NCBI GenBank assembly: GCA_038087875.1
Contig: CM075987.1
Span: 22,072,001 to 22,136,000 of the forward strand
From: Malacoraja senta
Lineage: Eukaryota
Direction: 5' to 3'
DNA length: 64,000 nucleotides
The position numbers and the translations under genes are program-made. Under the pieces are notes generated by a model that did no database searches, had not been told where the DNA came from, and worked only from the letters and a program-made list of their open reading frames with translations. The first letter of the stretch is position 1; the number at the start of each line of letters is the position of its first letter. Positions 59,538 through 64,000 of this stretch are shown here, piece after piece.

Positions 59538-61699
59538 TCTTAACCCAAGAAAGGGGCAATGCCAGGATGACAGGCAAATTAGCCTTTTTGCTCTTGAACA
59601 CATTGAATGAAAGTTAGTTGAAGTTTTTGGTTGTAATTGTGATCTTTTGACCTTTTGTGAAGATTTATTTGGCAAATATGAGATATGATAATTTCTCCTC
59701 TCCACCTGAACTTGCCAACGTGCACTCTTTTGGCTCATCCATGATCAACCATTTGGGAAAGGGATGTTTGTGTACTATGGAACTGTCCAGAAGTATGTAT
59801 TGGAACATCATTGAAAGAAATTTACAGCAAAAGTGAGGAATGTACTGGATTTGTTGGAGAAAAAGGCATAATTAATTTGGAAATTAATTATAGCGAGCAA
59901 ATAAATACTTCAGCTGAGGGCCAAACATCAGATGACTAGCAACTAATTTTCATTGTTATTCATTGCCTCCTTCAAGAAGAGATTTAGAATATCGTTAAAA
60001 TGGTTCTATGTTGTTATCTTCATAAATATAGCAAATTGTAAGTCTGCAAGTACTGCAAGTCACTTTTTCCATTATAAGTTCCTGTGTCCACATTTATTGT
60101 AGGAGCCACTTGTCACTTATACCATTTTGTTACAGTAAATGTAATGCAGTAACACCAGTGGGGAGAATTTGTAATTACAGCTTGATATGTTTACATGCGC
60201 AATTTTCATTGAAAATATGGACATGGCAATTTACGATGGAGATTCTAAAACAAAGAATGAATATGTCTTTACATTGGGATACAAATTTCATTGATGATTT
60301 GGTCCAGTTGTCTGCAACACTCTGGCCCACGTTTAATCTTGATTCTCTGAAGTTCATTTTAATCAGTCTATTGTGTTGTATGAGTAATATTAGATCAGTT
60401 GCCTTTGCACACCTCACGTACATCTAGCAATATATTTAAAAATCCTAATCTATGTGGGCTGAATTTAATTGTTTCTATTGTGAATTACTATGTTTCCTTT
60501 TATAATGGTAAAAAACTATAAAACTGTCACACTCAAATCCTGTTATGCTCTCATTCCACTCATGCCAATCGAGCTCCTACAGTGCCACCACTGACAAGAG
60601 ATTGTAATGGCATCATGAAAAGTTTACATAAGTATTTTCATTTCTAAATGTGAGCTTATAAAAGTAGGGACAGATGTGAGTTCTGAATGCTATCAGCTAA
60701 GAATTAGATTTGCATATTTAATTCCAAATATCCCTCAATGCTTAAATCCATTTCCCTGAACACGGCAGTTGGTCTTGCCAACCTGTGTGCAACACCGCAG
60801 GAACTCGACTAATGATCTCAAAGAAAAAGAAAGAACTTGCATTTGTATAGTGCCTTTCATGTAGTCAGGGCAGGCCAAGCCACTTTACTATCAATTACCT
60901 TTGAAGTGTATTCGTTGGTGTAAAGTTAGAAATTATAAAAGAATTGACAAAACCAAATTAAACCACATCTATAAATAATTAATTTAGTGTTGAATTTACA
61001 GCTTTGGTATTACACAGTTTGCCAGTGAAAGGGTTAATTGCAGTGAGCTTTGGGCGTGGGTGCTGTAGCTCTGTGGTTAATGTGAGAGTTTGAGTGTGTA
61101 TGTGCATGTGTGTAAAATGAGTGGAGGATTTGCTTTGAAGCGAGGCACCGGGGATTTTCCCCACCCACATAACGATTTAAATAACCTTTGCCTGTCAGTG
61201 AGGGCTTGCTATAAGGCAAGAGAGGAACACGAGAGAAGAGAAATAGTTCACTTCAAATGTGTACAACTGTACCCCTGATGTAATTGTGTATTCAGGCCAT
61301 GAGGCTCAGTTATTTTTTTGTGTATGCTTGTTTCAAAGCATCATATCACAGTTTAATTCAGCAAGGCAAAACTGCTAATTGCATCTGCCATTTGATTAAA
61401 TGTGTTAGCTTCACGCCATTCAATCTGCTGTTTGACTCACTTTTGCTGGAGATGTGTTTAATGTTGTTTAATGTCATATATCCAAGTTCAGTGGATTGAA
61501 AGCATGAAGATTTGAAGAATGACTGGGAACATTGAAAAATACACAGGGACAGAAGTAGCCCACTCAGCCCTTGAAGTTGCTCTGCCATTCCAAAACATCA
61601 TGGTTTATTTCTACCTTGACTCCATTGTCACATCATAACCCTATATCCAACAAAGATCTATCAATCTTGGAATGGAAAGTTAAATTTTTACCATATCAG

Positions 61700-62389
61700 T
61701 AGACAATAGACAATAGGTGCAGGAGTAGGCCATTTGGCCCTTCGAGCCAGCACCTCCATTCAATGTGATCATGGCAGATCATCCCCGATCAGTACCCCGT
61801 TCCTGCCTTCTCCCTATATCCCCTGACTCCGATATCTTTAAGAGCCCTATCTAGCTCTCTCTTGAAAGTATCCAGAGAACCGTCCTCCACCGCCCTCTGA
61901 GGCAGAGAATTCCACAGACTCACAACTCTCTGTGAGAAAAAGTGTTTCCTCATCTCCATTCTAAACGGCTTACCCCTTAAGGGCCTTTATCACTTTCACA
62001 ACCTAATTCACGACCTCTGCCGAGTTTGCCCTTGACTCATACTCGCAGCATGGTCGTCACAATGTCGTAGGTAGGTCGTGATGCTAGTCGTAGGTAATCG
62101 CGGCATCAAGTAGGTCGGGGCGTTCTTTCAACATGATGAAAAATGTCCACGAGTAAAAAAGGTCGTGAATTAGGTTGTGAAAGTGGGACAGGCCCTTTAT
62201 TCTTAAACTGTGGCTCCTAGTTCTGGACTCCCCCAACATCGGGAACATGTTTCCTGCCTCCAGCGTGTCCAAACCCTTAACAATCTTATATGTTTCAATA
62301 AGATTCCCTTTCATCCTTCTAAACTCCAGAGTATACAAGCCCAGCCGCTCCATTCTCTCAGCATATGACAGTCCCGCCATCCCGGGAAT
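61700..62389 (-). mobile_element. CR1 3' fragment split by a MITE
   Basis: Reverse complement of 59072-59537, continuous once 61980-62199 is removed. Confidence 0.92.
61980..62196. mobile_element. PIF/Harbinger (Tourist-like) MITE, 217 bp
   Basis: TIRs of ~36 bp (AGGGCCT....CACTTTCACAACCTAATTCACGACC) and a 3-bp TSD TTA (61977-61979, 62197-62199), confirmed by the empty site in other CR1 copies. Confidence 0.9.
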
Positions 62390-63015
62390 TAAGTAGTCTT
62401 GTGAAATAGAATGTTCCAGGTTTCTACAGTCCCTTGTGTGAAATAGTGGCCCTCGATTTTTCACCGAAATTAGATATGTATTTCATTAAATGTTGTTAAT
62501 GGAAATACAGTTGGAAGTTCAGCATTTGAAAGAAAGACGATAAATGTGTAAGTTGCCGGCCTTTATCTGAATTTATTTATAGTGTTGGGTATTCATCTGA
62601 GATATAAACCTTTTTATTGTCTTTTTGGATGTTGATGGCATATGAGGCAGATAATCTGGCCTATCTGGTCATTCATGAAGAAAACAAGAAAAAAAGCAGG
62701 AGTACCTGGAGCCTTGCTTCACCATTCAATAAGAACCTGGCCTAGTAAGATAATTCCAATGCAGGTTGCAGAAAGCGACGGACTCATCCTGGTCCAACAG
62801 CCCTCCCCTTCATTTACAAAATGTAGATATTTGGGAAATTATTTAATCATAACTTTCACAATATTAAGAGAAGCAATTGGATGAATGGAGAGGACCATTT
62901 GCATTGATAGGGAGTCCAGGACCAGGTGAGTAGTTCAAAATGAGACCAAAGTGACTTGAGTTAGGTTGTCTTGCTTATAGTTCTCAAAACTGCAGTTCTC
63001 TATAGGAACCTCTAT

Positions 63016-63080
63016 TGGTGGTAGTAGTAGGAGTAGTAGTGGAGGTAGTAGTGGTAGGAATGTAGCTGGGGTGAGTAGTA
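63016..63080. repeat. Imperfect (GTA/GTG)n low-complexity tract
   Basis: ggtggtagtagtaggagtagtagtggaggtagtagtggtagg. Confidence 0.8.
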
Positions 63081-64000
63081 TCAGAATATATTAGGCCCCA
63101 TGGTTCTCTGTGGCTGGACTGGGTATCATGGTGCAGAAATAGATATGCAGTAAATGTAGAAAGCCTCACCCGAATAATGATATGAAATCAAGTCCATCAT
63201 TGTAAACAGTATGAGCGGAGTGCATGGATTATATTTTGTGATAGACTTCCCAAAGATGAAGCCGAGTGTGGATGTAAGACTGTGGCCATTCTATTGGAGA
63301 ATTAAATTATGTTGAGTCTTCTCCGCAGGTACTGATAGTGATATTGATAGTGTAGTCAGTTCTGGGGTTACATGGAACTTTACATCTGTTAGGTGCTATT
63401 TTGCTGTTCATGACCATTGATGTTTATTTGTTGCACATTTGAAGTCCAGTTCAGTAGCAATAATCTCAAAATGTCATCGCATATCACGATTGATATCCCT
63501 GCAGAGTATCGCAATGCCTTTTATATGTAGGTGCATCATGTGCATAGAATGGTATGTTCCAATGTGAACCATGAAGTCCTGAATGCATTTGGTGATTTAT
63601 TTTACTCCAACATTCATCCATGTGACACAGAAAAACCATGTGTTATTTAATTGAGTTTCTAGCCCATTGAATCTTACAACACTGCTGGAGGCATTATACT
63701 TCATCATGCCAGCTCTATGAAAGAGCTATACACTTGTCCTACTTCCCTGCTCTTCCCTCATATTCTTGCAAACCTTTCCATATAAGATATACATCCCATT
63801 CCATTTTTGGATATTCTTACTTTCACCACTCTTTCAGGTATTATATCCTTAACAATTTTCACAAAAGAATATTATCAACCACCTTTTTCTTTTCCTTTTT
63901 ACACCAATCTATTAATTTTAAGTTAACTTTTTCTGTCAGTAGAAATATAGTCGGCACTTTATTAACAAAATTAATACTTCTCATAGATAGGACAGGTTTG

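Noticed and set aside
59670-59813. Open frame (..MRYDNFSSPPELANVHSFW..) with a possible donor
   Set aside because: Weak acceptor and no recognised homology; not supportable as an exon.

Overview
Vertebrate genomic DNA, most likely from a cartilaginous fish such as a skate or ray. This is inferred from HE1-type V-SINEs, HER1/CR1 LINEs, a Deu-domain SINE and abundant Penelope-like termini. Two host genes face each other tail-to-tail, as at human 9q34.11. One is the terminal coding exon and 3' UTR of PTPA/PPP2R4 (+, 2677-2751), which the ORF track misses. The other is the complete intronless IER5L gene (-, 22006-22857), with a TATA/AP-1/GC/CCAAT promoter. The rest is TE-rich intergenic DNA. DNA transposons: a nearly intact Passport-like Tc1 (DD34E, IR/DR TIRs), a hAT-Charlie element with a perfect 8-bp TSD that carries an L1 3' end flanked by a ~155-bp duplication, a Kolobok-like element, and a PIF/Harbinger MITE nested in a CR1. 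Retroelements: a Gypsy pol fragment, many CR1/Rex1/L2/RTE remnants, and numerous Penelope-like termini carrying minimal, dimer-type hammerhead ribozyme motifs, often as inverted pairs. There is also an orphan CpG island/promoter at ~37.1-37.5 kb, a 16-bp minisatellite, and a 200-N gap flanked by an artefactual 460-bp duplication. TE boundaries are approximate unless TIRs/TSDs are cited. Family assignments come from recalled motifs, not database searches.
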